Of a DNA stretch of 64,000 nt, positions 25,019 to 39,000 are shown piece by piece. Location of the stretch: contig CM120641.1 in NCBI GenBank assembly GCA_051362555.1, positions 20,646,001 to 20,710,000 of the forward strand, written 5' to 3'. This DNA is from Lingula anatina. Lineage: Eukaryota; Animalia; Brachiopoda. Made by a program: the position numbers and the translations under genes. Within the stretch, counting starts at the first letter, position 1; each line of letters begins with the position of its first letter. The notes beneath the pieces were generated by a model. It was not told the origin of the DNA. It made no database searches and saw only the letters and a list, made by a program, of their open reading frames with translations.

Positions 25019-28000
25019 CCAGACAGAATCTAGTTGAGGTGCAAACTTAAAGACTTTAGTCCAAAGAAAACTGATAAGCCATGCGCTAAAACACAATTTG
25101 TTTTCATCATAAAAACATCATGAACATTATATAAAGCATTGTAAACCTAATTTTGTAACTAAATCAAATTAGTCAAAATGTATCTGCTTCCTGAGATTAT
25201 TTATGGAAATTTCAATCCATACCTTTTGGAATCATGATGACAGTTTTGTCTTAAACATCACAAAAGGTATAGATCTATTCATATTTTTCAACAAATTATC
25301 CAATAAATCCAATGACTCTACATATTTCTATATCTGCTTACTTCATACTGTCTTTGGTCATAGGCCCCCTTCCTCTGTGTATGCTCCCCTTGCCTCCCTT
25401 GCCACGACTAATAGTACTGGATGAACCAAACTTTTTCCTAGCAGACATCAAATTAGTCATTTTACTCGTTTTATCCACTCTGAGAAGTTTTAGTATTTCA
25501 TGGTACATTGTCTCTAATGCATCTAACTGCTCCCGTATGATTGTGGCCTCATTAGAATCTAGACTGTCATGGAATTTGTTGTCTTGGGTCTCATCGTTGG
25601 TGTCCCAGGCAGCAGAGTCTTGTCCCGTGTCTGTGTCCTCTTCATATTCTTTAACATCAGAAAGTGAGGCACCTGCAAATGAGAGAACCAAAATGAAACA
25701 AATCAGATGAATTTTTAGACATTAATCAGTCATCTTGGGCAATTTTCATAAAAGCACTTTAGTAAAAAATAAAATTGGTCTACTTCTGTTCAAAATAAAT
25801 CCATAATAGCCCACTTAAACAAATGAAGTGTTGATCTGAACATAAACCACGTGTTCCTTGTTATAAAACTGGTGCAATATTGAATTCAATTGTGCTAATG
25901 CTGAATTATCTTGGATCTTAGTAGACTAGCATTTTTATCCAAATATTTAAACCAATTGTCAGGCTGAAGTCCTTTTTTCTAAACAGGCCCCTAAAATTAC
26001 ATCGTATATAAACCTAACTTACCTGCCCTTCCCATTTTACTTGGCTGCTGCTTCCTGACTGGCGAACCCTTGGCAGGTGACTTCTTATTTGTTCCTTCAG
26101 ATGATGCTCTTCTCATCACAGGTTTCTTTCTTCCTGCAAGATTCCCTGTTGCCGAGCTCAGGATCAAGTCTGGCCTACTCAGTGAATGTTCCACGTTACT
26201 GTTAGAGCGAGCAAACTGTGGCAAGGTGGGAGAATCAGGGGGTGTGGCTGGTGGGGTGTTGGAGGGGGATAACGGTGGTAATGGAGGTGTCATCGAAGAT
26301 GTATCACTCATGGTTGTACCAAAGTCATTTTCTTCGTCACCACTTAAATCTCCATTGATGAACCCAGGATTGAAGTGGGTGGTTGTCGAAGGCATGCCTC
26401 GCGTAAAGTTTGCTAAGAAGGACATGCCTTTATTGTCCTGTGGGCCTGTTTTGTGCATCCACGACATAAGCCCACTGCCTATTTCGTCATAAAGTTTTGC
26501 AGGCTCTCCCTGTGAGATATGTTGCTGTCCTGGTGCAACAGGTGGCCTATTATTCAGCTCCCTCTGTTGTTTTAAATACCTCTCCTTCAAAGGTCCCACT
26601 GACTGGCTAGTTTGTGCTGAACCTCCAACACCTGGGGGTACAAATTTTCCTGTATTTCCCACATTGGGCCTGGGGTACCCTCCAGTACTGGGTAGCTGAG
26701 ATCTGTAATAGTTACTGCTGTCAGGGCTGGTACTGCCCCCGCCAGGTTGGGTTGTGTATGCCGAACTAGAGCTGGTTGGACTAACAGAGCTGTGTGAACC
26801 TGACCCATGATGTGCACCAGGGGGCAAATAAGGCCTAGGACCTGTGGCACTTGTTGGACGGGAGAGCTGAAAAAAATTTAGGTACATTTTATAATTATCA
26901 TTTTTATTTGAAAGCTTTTGAATACAGCAACAATCACATCATTTTACAATCTAATTTTAAGATTTTCTTTCAAATTTCTTTCTCCTATTGGGACAATGAC
27001 TTGAGACAATGGAAGTTTGCCTAGAAATGGGAAAACAATGAATATAACAAAATGGAAAGTCTTTACAAAATACAATTTTCAACACAAATTCTGTCAAAAA
27101 ACTCCATTTTTACACAAGGTTATCAACTTTTATTCACCTGTAATTTTTTTTATAGGTGATATCACCATGATTAAAAATCTATCTTCATAATGCAGCAACT
27201 GCACAAAACAAAAATGTACACAAGTAGCAATGGCTGACTTACTGGAGCAGGAGCAAACTGTGTAAGACTTGTGTTTCTGTCCTTGCTGTACATGCGGTTA
27301 CAGGCATCCCGCAGATCACTGTTTGAATTATCCATTTCCCTGAAAACATAGAAGAATTCACCAAATTATTGCTTGTACATTTCCTTTTTTCTTACAGATG
27401 TACAAACTATGGAGATAAATAAAATATATATATCAGTAGTCCTTTAACCTCAATTTCCAAAGCCTACACATATCAGAAATTACTCTCTAAAACCAGCAAT
27501 TCCTCACCAAGAAGTACAAATTTGTTTCGAGTTTTAAACTTCTTTCCCAGACTCTATAGAACTCAGGGCTGCACATATTGGACCAATATCATACTTTCTT
27601 TACATACAAAAAGCCTCCCTTCCACTCTTCTAACTTCTATCCAGTCCAGATTTACTAAGAAAGCCATTCGTAGGGATAAGCCAATAGATTTGTGACATAT
27701 TAATATTCAGTTTGCGGTATTAAGTGTTGACTCGGGCGTTTAAGAAAAGCAGTGTCAACATAAAGTACAAACATGTGGATTACAGCTATATGGGTCACAG
27801 GTATCACAGGATTGACCACTTGGAATAATTATTCCTAATACATTTTCAGGGCACAAATAAGGCACAAATAATGTAAACATGGATAAATAATAGGTTAAAC
27901 CAGGTGCTCATTTCAGGTCCTGTGGTGCTTGTTGTATATAGTTTATGTCATGAAGTACACTCAACTTATGCAGAAAATAAATTGATATGATTTTGCATAA

Positions 28001-31000
28001 TACTTTAATGTGTCTGTATAGCGTAACAAATCCATCAAAACATTAAAACAAAGGTTAGCCCACTTTTAAACAATTTTTGACTAATGCCTAGGGAAGTATA
28101 TGCAGTGTACCAACCAATGTGAAAATCTTAACCAAAACAGCATCATAATTTTTTCATAACAAACCTGATAATTTCAAATATTCATTAACTGCACTTATAA
28201 ATCATACATAAATTGCAAGAGATAAAATTATTCTACACTATTTTTCCACATATAAACCCTTAAATTTTCTTTACAGTTTTTACATAGTTAACAATTAATG
28301 CATTACCTTTGTTTCCCTGGGGACTTGGTGCTTATGTTAAAACTGCTGTTTGTTGATGAATCAGAGGTATACAAATGTGGTGGGGGCCTGGAGAGGGCGT
28401 GCTGGGGCATTCTGTCTAACAGTGCCTGCCCCCGTGGTCCCTGGCGCTTCTCGTCTGGCTGTGAAGGCTAAAAACAGATAAGCAAATAAATAAGTAAATA
28501 TTTGAAGAAACAAGTAAATAACATAATGTTTGCTTTTGTATTAGCATGTTTTAAAGTATCTTCTTTATAGGGAAAAAAATGCTTAAAAAGGCTGCAAGGT
28601 TGTTGGCATGTCCAGGATTTGGGTAAGGAGGGACAAGGATATCTTGAGAAAATTTAAAGCAGTTAATGTGGACAATTTTTAAAATATTATTTAAAGCACA
28701 GGTATGGAAGAATTGCACAGTTTTGTCTTTTTTTTTTTTGCTAGTTATCATTTTGTGGGGAAAGCTAGGAAAAGGGGTGCCTCATGGGAAGGATACGTGC
28801 CTGCTGCAAACTCACTGAGATTGTCTGCTGCAAAAAAGTAGTTTGCAGCAAATCTGCAGTAAACTTTTACTTCAAATTTAATCGCCACTGGTGGTTCATT
28901 GTTTGCACAAGACATCTTTCCAGGAAATATTTCTATCTTAACCTTGGACTTATTCAAAATGCCTTTTTCATATCTCTGTGTTCATTCATCTTACTATCCA
29001 TTTTGATTTAAGATTCCAACGTACTTACTCCATATCAATATGTCTGTGAATTACCAGCTCTGGCATTTGCTTACATTGCTATGCCTTATAATATCACACC
29101 AAATATCTCTATGTACTGGCACTAATGATATTTTCCTTGTATAAATATTTCAGCCCTCTTCTGAATATACACATGTACAAACACTGGATAATGTGCATAA
29201 TATCTGAAAATCTTTAAAAACAAATTTGGAACAACACTATTTCCATACTACAATGTACCTGCCTTCATGAGCTAAAACTTGAAAAACTTGCTAGCCTATA
29301 TTTTAAAATAAAACTTAAAGCAGGTAAATGGTCTTATTAGATATAATGTTCTCTCATCATGCTATATGTTCTTAAAAAATAAATTTTTTCCCAATCTGGG
29401 AGCCAAGCATGATACATGCATATAGCTTTCCTGATGGTACGCTGTACTGTAGCTATGCACGTTAAGGTTCATGTAGTTCATCAGCTGTTCATGTACTTTT
29501 CTACCTTTATGCCCTCATAAAGTATAATCAAACTATATGGACAATACTCACCAAATACAAGATAAAACAATAAGGGGCGCCATATTCTTCATAATATTTG
29601 CAAGTACAAAATATGAGATCTGAATGTCTGCCTCAGCTGTTGAATTCTCAAATAACAGTGCAGGTTTCTCAGTATCACGAATCAGGGCTTAAAACTCACA
29701 AACAATGATCAAATTTGTAGTTGTGTCTGCAAACATGTTACAACAATAGGCCTTCAGTTTAAGGCTCATGTTTCCCACGATTAAATAAACAGAAAGGTGA
29801 AAACATTATGCAAACTTAAGGCAAACATGCAGAACTTTGAAAAGGGTATGTAAGTTTTGAAAGTAACAGTCACCCCACTGTTGACAGAAATCAAACTAAG
29901 ATACAAAAACATATATTTTAACATGAAAGTAAACTTACAAGTTAAACAGTCCAACACCATTAAAAATCAATCTGCAATTAAGCAATCAGTAATTGATAAA
30001 AATTAAATTTCAATCTTTATTCTTCTTAATTCTTAACATGAAGAAATACAGTGAATGAAACAAAAATGACATGAGGTTAATTTCAGTTCATTCTTTTTTC
30101 CTCATAACCTACTTTGAACAAAGAATCTGTACTTGCCTAATGCCTTAAGTCTGATTAATTAAGGAAAACAAACACAAAAATACAAAAGCAGTTAGAAACA
30201 AACCATAGAATTTATTGTCATTTAAATCTTATTTCTTTTTTGTCATAATCCCCCGCTCAAAAACTGAAATTTCAACTTAATATTATTGAAGTTTAAGCTG
30301 TTTCTACCTATTCCTGTGGGTCTTATGGTATTTTTTAAAAAATAAATCACTTGTTCTTACATCTTGCTTTCTGAAGTTTATCACCTTTAACTACTCATAA
30401 AAATATACTACTTTCTTGCAAGAAGTCATCTAATTTTATTTTCAAAACTATTTCATCAATATTTTCATGTATTACTGGCAAAACATTGTTTTGGGAAAAT
30501 TTAGTAATTCATTTTGTTCAGATTTACTGAATAATCACAGTAAATGTTAAATATTGCATTGTCCAGGTTGAGCAAAATTTCATCACAAGTGGTTCCAATT
30601 TATCATTTTCTATAAATTTCAAGTATGGAGAGGGATCCAGAGGAAGAAAAATCACAGTGATTCACATGATCCTTCACATTCAAAATGTCTTTGGGCACCC
30701 TTAATTAGTGTGCAATCTGGTGACATACTGACGTAATTTAGTCAACTTCTGGGTCTAAGTTAGGAATGTTGTGAACAACTCCAGATGTAAAATTCCTCTT
30801 AAGATCTTGTAAGACGGTAAATGAACCAATCCTTACCACATAAGCAGACTGGTAGCCATCATCCCCTTCTGTACTTGGTGATCTTTGGTGTTTGTCTCTC
30901 AGTCTTGAGATGGCTGTGTCCTTGACGTCATCTTCTAGACTTGGGTTATCTATACCTTCATCGTGGCTCAGAGGTGTGCGTACTTGTGGAGGTGGAGGGA

Positions 31001-33041
31001 GAAGAAGCTCACCCTCATCGTAACCCTAAAAATACATCATCACCATTGCCATCATTATCATCATCATCATCATCAGCAGCAGCAGCCACCAAGCAGCAAC
31101 AGTAGACCAAGTGGACAAGTTAGAATTTCTTAAGAAATTAACAGTGCAGCCACCAAAAGAGCATGTTGTTACAGTATTGCCTCCCTGGCTGCCCACAAAC
31201 AATTTTTTCCAAATAGCTATAACTTCACCAGCTGTGAATTATGTTTTCTACTGTTTACATGGAAACTGTTCTGATCAATTTGTGCAAAATACATGACACT
31301 GCGCTAAAAGTGTTTTGTCAAATGTCCTAATTTTCACATCAAACTTCTGTAATTACCATGTTAAAAGGGAAAGGGTGGACCTTAAGGTCACACACTAATG
31401 AATAAATGAAATAAACTAGTTTTGTCTGAAAACTAAAAAGATTAAAAACCTTTCTTGTGATATGCTGTTTACTCCCCTCCCCAATACCCCTTGGTATATT
31501 GGGATAAAATCTAATTTTTTAGACAAACTAGTAACAAATTGGTCAAAAAAATAATTGAACCACATTTAAAACATACAGTATAATTTATTCCAACTGGTTA
31601 AAAAATATACATTCTTGTATGAGCCCTATATAAGAAAAATGAACCCCAAGCCAGTAAGGGAATTATATTTACCAAGCAAGTCTTCAGATCTTTTAAAATA
31701 TATACCTTTTTTTAAAGCTCTGCATAATCCTTTTCAAGTTTTTTTTTCATCTGACAAGTAATAACATATACTGACTTGCTACTACAACCTTTAACATTTC
31801 ACAATGTTTACAACAGTTCATGTTACACATTCATGCTTCAGCGGTATTTACCATTGCCACATGGTCTTATATATTGTTTATGGCAATGGTAACCCTTTGC
31901 CTTTTAAAGGAATGCTGCTAGTATGATTGGACAGAGCAAAATAAGTAAATAAATAAAAATAGATGAAAATAAAAAAAACCTAAAAATCACACATCAAAAT
32001 CAAACATTACAAGAAAAAATATAAAAAGTTGGATACATATACATCACAACCCCAAATTTGAGTATCAAAACAAATGAACATGTTACAAATTTATCAGATA
32101 TTAGATTTTTAAAAAATAGCCAGGCAGCATTGGACAGTATAAGTTAATGGTTTAAGCACTCCACCCCAAAATAATCCTTTTCATGAATTTCTTCCTTATC
32201 TTTCACCCCTTAAGTAATTTTTCATAAATACCAAGCATCCTCTAATCCCTTATAAATAAAGAATTGCACAGATCTATTACCTGAATTTGATGATGTGTTG
32301 CATCTTGTTCATTCAATAGTGAGCGTAATCTTTCTTCCACACTTGGTGATACTGTGGCTACAGGCTACAAGATATAATTATATAAAATAACAGAAAGTAA
32401 TGGAGCATGTGTTCGGAGAAACAAGTTCAACAGTGTGACAAAAAGGAACTTCAGGCTATTTATAACTCAATAAATAACCAATCAATCTTATTACTGAAAA
32501 ACAATGATTTCCTAGAGAAGATTAAAAAATTCTGAGTTGGGTTTATGTCAGAAAATATGTTTTTAGGAGTGACTAATAAAAACATCTAATCCTGATAAAA
32601 ATAAACAACAGTCTTTGAAATTTGTAATTAATAACCATAACTCCTGTCTTTTTCCTTTGTTTAATGTTTGCTATTTTCCAATGATATTTTGAAAACGTTT
32701 TCCCATTCAGATATATATTTTTTATGTCTGACTAGTTAACAAAGGGGCTTTCTGTCAGCTTAACTGTCTTAAATTATAAAAGGAAATATGTCTCAGTCTG
32801 GTCTACAAAAACACATTAAAAATTCAGCATGTACAGTAGATACAGTGGCTGCATGGTTAGACTGAATCATGGCAAAAACCCATTACATCTTGCTTAAAAT
32901 GTATTACTCTTTTTCATTCTTTACAATGGAATTGCTTATATTAATAATCATACTACTAAATGTACAGGTATTGCTGGAACTAATTTTGTGTCTGCCAGCT
33001 GACTATGATCATTGGTTATCAATTGAGTCTTTTGTATTTTG

Positions 33042-33075
<34 letters not shown>

Positions 33076-36000
33076 TGTATGTGTGCGCATGCATATATAC
33101 GTGTGTGTGTAACAGAAACATCTTTTTAATACTTACATTGTGCCTGTTGGCAGCAGCCCCACTCCAGGCTTGGCTGGCTGAAGCTGGTGGCTGGTGCTGT
33201 ACTGGAGACAGAATGGCTTTGGCACTGCGAGGACGGTTGTTCATCAAAGTCACGTTGGCAAGTTGCTGTCGCCGCTGATTGGCACCGTGCTGGGAGACAC
33301 CATGTGGGTCAAGCTCTGTGGTGGACTGAAAATATCACATCAAGAGCATGTTAACAATTTAGAAGCTAATGGTGTACTGCAATATGGTCAAAAGAGTGTA
33401 ACTTTTCTGTTGGCTGGGACCAGCTCATGGGAAAAAATCATGGAGATAACTGCTGTTATCTCTAAAGATACGGCCTGTAGAATGCTGAAAAACAGTAAAA
33501 CAGGCAGTATAAAATGTGACATTATTGTATATCATACTGATTGAATGATATTAGATCAGACTGATTCTAGTGTAATCAAAATTATCTTGTACATGTACAA
33601 ATAAAAGCATGATCACATTTACCTTCTTATTCCAATTTATAATATGTTCCCACATGCATGTTCAAAAACAATTAAAACCTTTCCAAAAAATCCTTTTCTT
33701 AAATGTACTAAAACATATGACTGTATTAATATCTTTCAGTTTTACATGTCATGTCTCCCCTGGACAAGGGTAAAGATAACTTCCTCTCCCTGACACTGTT
33801 AATCAGAAAGAAATGAAGTTGTATATCAAGTCTTGGCTTGATTCTAGCCTGGCAACTATCTCTGTATGTGTAATGTGTTAACATGTGGGACAACCTGATA
33901 ACAAGGGGATGATAAGGTTAGGACACACGTGCTTCAGTTATAATTTTAAAGATTTAAATCTCATTATATAATTAGCTATTTTGCCACACCCATCTTGCTG
34001 TTGCATAAAATTTGATTAATAAAATAACATGTTATTTTTTTCATATTTTTATGATTTTAGTTTGTAATAAAATTCAATGTATTTGTACCTTCAAAAATGA
34101 TCTGATTCATTTTTTAATTAATTAAAATTCTTTTAAGATGGTCCATAATGTGTCAAAGGTCTAAACCCAAAAATAACTCAATCTTAAGTTTTTCACCTTG
34201 CACTTAATAAGTCATTTAAAGACATAAGGGTTAGGTTAGTGGCACGTAAGACTCCAAGAAAACAGATTTTTATAATATTTTCAGAGTGGTTTCCAAGATG
34301 CTTATCATCAATATCACCATAATCATTTATTCAAAATGTAGCAGAGACGACCCAAATTACATCCAAACACATTTCCACTATGAACTCCTACATCCAATCT
34401 TGGACTTATATGCTTTTTGTAACTAATAAAGTACATCATATAAAGCTTATCAATTTACATGCAGTAACTGGCTTCATTTTATTGGCACAGAGAAAACCCT
34501 TCCCTTTAATTTTAAGACTTTTATAAGCTGATAAATGTACAGGGATGAAACCAGTGCTTGCTTGTTTCTCACATATACCTTATAATGAAATTGGGTTCTG
34601 TTTAAATTCCATCACTGGTTGTTTATGTTCATTATATGCCCTGTATAAGGATATTTTTGTCCACTTACCATTATGGGCTCTCTAACCTCTGTCTTCTCCC
34701 CAGCATCATCCTTTGCCATGAGGCCAGGCAAGATCTCAGGAGGGGCAGCATTGTACATATTCTTCTGGTGGACCAAGCCATTGACTTCTGAATAGAAATT
34801 GGTTTTGAATTTTAATAAAATATTAAAATATCTGTATCAAATGTCAGAAAATGAGAGATTAAGTATTGTGAATTATTTTTAAAAATTGATTAATAAAATT
34901 CAAATAAAAATTTGATTAAAAAAATTTTAAACCGATAATTTTGCATAAAAGAGAGGCCATGAGAGTCTGGAAGGAGGGTAGAGACTATCATTTATTAATA
35001 AGGATCATAATCCTCATTGACAACAATTTAATATGTGTTTAAGTTTTATCATGCTTTTGAAGTGAAAGGGGAGAGGGGTAATCCCCACTGATTCATTGCT
35101 GATCAATATGCTTCTCTACAGCAATGCCAAAAGGATACTGTTCACAGCAAGACTTACTCAGGCAAAAGAAAAATCTAGCTGACATTATCAGGGGGCCCCA
35201 GTTTCACAAAACAACTTTAGCCTGGAAACTGGTCTCAACTTTTAGACCAACATTTGAGTCTACTTTGACCCAAGATAAATCAGCAGCTAAATGAAATATT
35301 GTGCTTGTTTTACAACAAGAAAGGCATAGCTTATGTTTCAGAACAACACTTAATTTCATTTAATTGAATTACAATGAATTTAACTTAAAGTGAAAAACAA
35401 CAACAAAATTTTCTGTCTAACATTTAGACAATTTTAGGGGCTAAAGTTCTTTTCTGAAACTGGTTTCAGACGACAATATTATACAGGGGCCCACTTGCAG
35501 ATACTCCAAAATTTAAGCAAACTGATTGCCTGGAGAATTGTTTTAAATTATTTCTGTATATATTTATATATTATCTGTTTTAACACCAAAGACTGCATGA
35601 CAGGCCTACACATTTTTTTTCATTTAAGTAAATTGAGACATAAGATATATGTCTATCATAATGTCTGAAGAACATTCACAAGTTCTTTATTTTTTCAGAT
35701 ATTAAAACATGACTTGGTAAAGAAACCAAATAATATCCCAAAAATAAAATAATAGAAAACCTACCAGCAAGTGCCACTTAGACAAGCCCGTAGTTTAAAA
35801 GCATCAAAACTAAGTCATAGATGATAGTATCATTAATTTCTGCATCTGAGCAGCCTTTCATTGTGTTAACTAGGTAACAAATAATAGCACAGAACAATTT
35901 GATTGACAGAAGGCTACAAATTAGCTTAATGCACAGCACTTAATGTACTTAATGTGCTGGCAGATCAAGAAACAGCCAGGAACTAGATGTCACCATGGCA

Positions 36001-39000
36001 TTGCTGCCCATATCTGCCATTTCTTATATTACAGTAATAACTAAAAAATTTCAAACACCTTACTTATTCTAATATCTTACTTTTTCCAGTTTCATTGTTT
36101 TCACATAACCATAAAAATGTATTTTCTAACACAAAGTTAGCTAACTCTTCAAAACTAAAGTATTACTAAAAATTTTTTTGGGAAATAGATTCATTTCATT
36201 TTATTCAACTTTAAATTGAGTAATTACACACTGACGTTAATAAAAATATATATATGACAAACCAGAATCTTCAGTTCATCTATCAAAAATAAAAAGGCAA
36301 GTAACACAATTATAACAGAATAAATGTAGCTGCATGATGTACAGTCTGATATAGTTTCATACCTGGATAGTGTCTGGTTCCTGGATTTCCTTGTGGCACC
36401 TGGGTGTGACCTTCATTCTCCAGAACTCTCCTGGCAGGGGCGGAGCCAGGCCTGGGCGGATACCCCTGGGACCCTACATTTCCATTCTGGTCCTTCCGCT
36501 CTCCTCCACCATGATACTGGGGCTGAAGGTAATAAATAGCAGAATACAGAAAATTGTCCATGATTGCTGGCTTGGTGTATGTAATATATGGCACGCTGAG
36601 GAAATATCTCCAACGAGCAGGATTAACAAATCAAGTCAGCGTCCAAACCCTGTTATAATAAGTGGCCACTGGTCACAAAAATGGAGCTTATAAAGCTACC
36701 GCACACAAAAGCTTTCCGGTCATTTATTCTTTAAGTGAAGGACAATTTGATTGTATGGACCACCATATTTTCAGACAACAGCATTGGAGTTAGTGCACTG
36801 GGTTGTGGCTTCTGATCCACTTCCATCTTCATGGTGAGTTCAGAAAGTGAAAAGGGAAAAGACAGAGGACTTTGTCGGTGGCTATGCTACAATGCATTTC
36901 ACATCACTCTGTGTTCAATAGGGAATATTTACTGGATCAACCCTGCACCCACCATTGTCACCTCCCCCATTCAGCTATAGTTGACACCAGACAGAATGTT
37001 GCTACAGGTCAAATGATACTTCTTTATGCTGTGTCCACAATCCTTTCACGGGGTTTATCACATCTTTTCTCATCCCATCAGAGCCTGTGTACCAAACTAC
37101 ATCAGTATTGTGTTGGGAGTTGTAGTCACAGATTAACATGATAACAACTTTCAATCAGAGTGCTTGGGATGATAAGAATCTACTTTTTTTCTTCTTTACT
37201 GTATCCTAGCAAATTTCACTGCCCCCCCCCTCCAATACTATTATTTTTTCTTTTTTTTTCTTTGTGTGTGTGCATTTTGTATGCGCATATGTGTGAAAAA
37301 TCAGAACACTCACATTCCAAATGCTGATCATTATTTTTGCTCTTGCAGAAACATAAGTTTCCATAATGATAGCACAACTACTAACATTTCTAAATAACAT
37401 CAATTATTGTTTTCTCCATCAAATATGTGAAAGATGTTAACAACATATTTAAAAAAACCTGGATGGAAAATATGAACATTATATATGCAGTCTCAACTTT
37501 ACATTCAAATAAACTTATACTATAACTCTAAATTATACTTACATCATAAAACTTCCTAATGTTGCTCATTAGGTCCAGAGTAGATCTGAGATTTCCACTG
37601 ACTAATTCTAGAACAGACAAGGGAGCTTATTACATGAAATGTATATCATTATTGTTGCTGACTGCTCCATTTAATACAGAAATGGGTTGATAACAGCACC
37701 AGCTTCGGGTGACCAAACTAAATTTTTCCCAACACAGCTGTGAAGTTAAGCATGTAAAAAGGCTACATGCCTTCTTTGAAAGCGTAAAAATGTGACATCT
37801 GTTTCACTAATTATAACTATTCTTTGAAAAATAAAATACAATAAAATTTGCACAGTTAACACATTTCTACACATAAATTTAAAAAAAAAACAAGACAAGC
37901 ATGATTTTAAACAGAGAAATATAACATCAGTTCTCTTTTCTCTACTAAATAAAATAATCACTTACATGTACAACATTATTAAGTCCTATAGAGTGCCATG
38001 TATCACATGTAATCACAGCTCAACTGAGAAATCACTTTGAACGCCCTCCTAATATTACATATCTTAGTACATTTTCTGCATGGTAAGGTTAAGAACATAT
38101 TCCAAGGATCAAAGTAACTCCATGGTGATCAGGAAAATATTGAGCAAGCTGATCTGGGATAAATGTCAAACCAGACTGATAACTGAGCAGCATGTGTATA
38201 AGTGAGCGCTAGAGGTTTTACTACTCCATTTATCAGGAGCATAAAGTGAATTTCAGTATATGGCCAATTCCTTGTGATGGATGTCTTAAGCTGCATTACA
38301 GTTTTTGACCCAATCTACTTGAAATTTTTATTTTTCCTGATTGTTACATATGACAAACAGTGTATGAGATAGTTTGAGGCAAAACTGATTGAATGTACTG
38401 AGTATCTGTATTAATGGAAGAGAAGATACTGAAAATATACATTGTACTGAGTATGTCCATCTAAGAGACAACACAGAAATGAAATATTTTTAAGAATCAG
38501 ATCAACTGCTATGCACTTCAGAAAACACAAAATCAATCCATTTTCCCTCTAATTTCCGGGTGGCATGACCCACAACACCCCCCCCCCCCCCCAACTACCC
38601 CACCCACTTCGCCCTGACTTTATCTGACATTATCACCTTACATATACGGAATTCTGGCCGTATGGCTTTTGCATATGATCAACTGTTTTAAAATGATGCT
38701 TTGTTTAAAAAATAACAAAAGAAACCTAACAACCTTTCCTGCCTTAGGAAGTGCAATTTCCCTTCTTTTTTGTTGCTGCATCTACAGGGTTTGAGAAATT
38801 AACATGCTTGAGAACCTTCAACACAACATGCTGACCTTTAGGAGAGAGGAGGCAGAGAAAAAAATATTTAAGAAATTTTCAGATCGTAATTTTCTATAAA
38901 GCAAGTTATTTCAAAATTTAAACAGATAAGTACCCAGGAGTCAAAAAGAAATGATGAAATACCGTGTGTTTTGGGGGGGGGGGGGGGGGAGTCTACACCA

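Noticed and set aside
25203-26492. Plus-strand ORFs of 73, 132 and 140 aa
   Set aside because: The 132- and 140-aa ORFs are antisense shadows of real minus-strand exons of the CH-SAM gene; the 73-aa ORF is mostly intronic and has no recognisable motif.
31035-31100. (CAT)n(CAG)n tract suggesting poly-His/Gln coding
   Set aside because: Lies in the intron just outside the 31025 acceptor on the opposite strand; a simple repeat.
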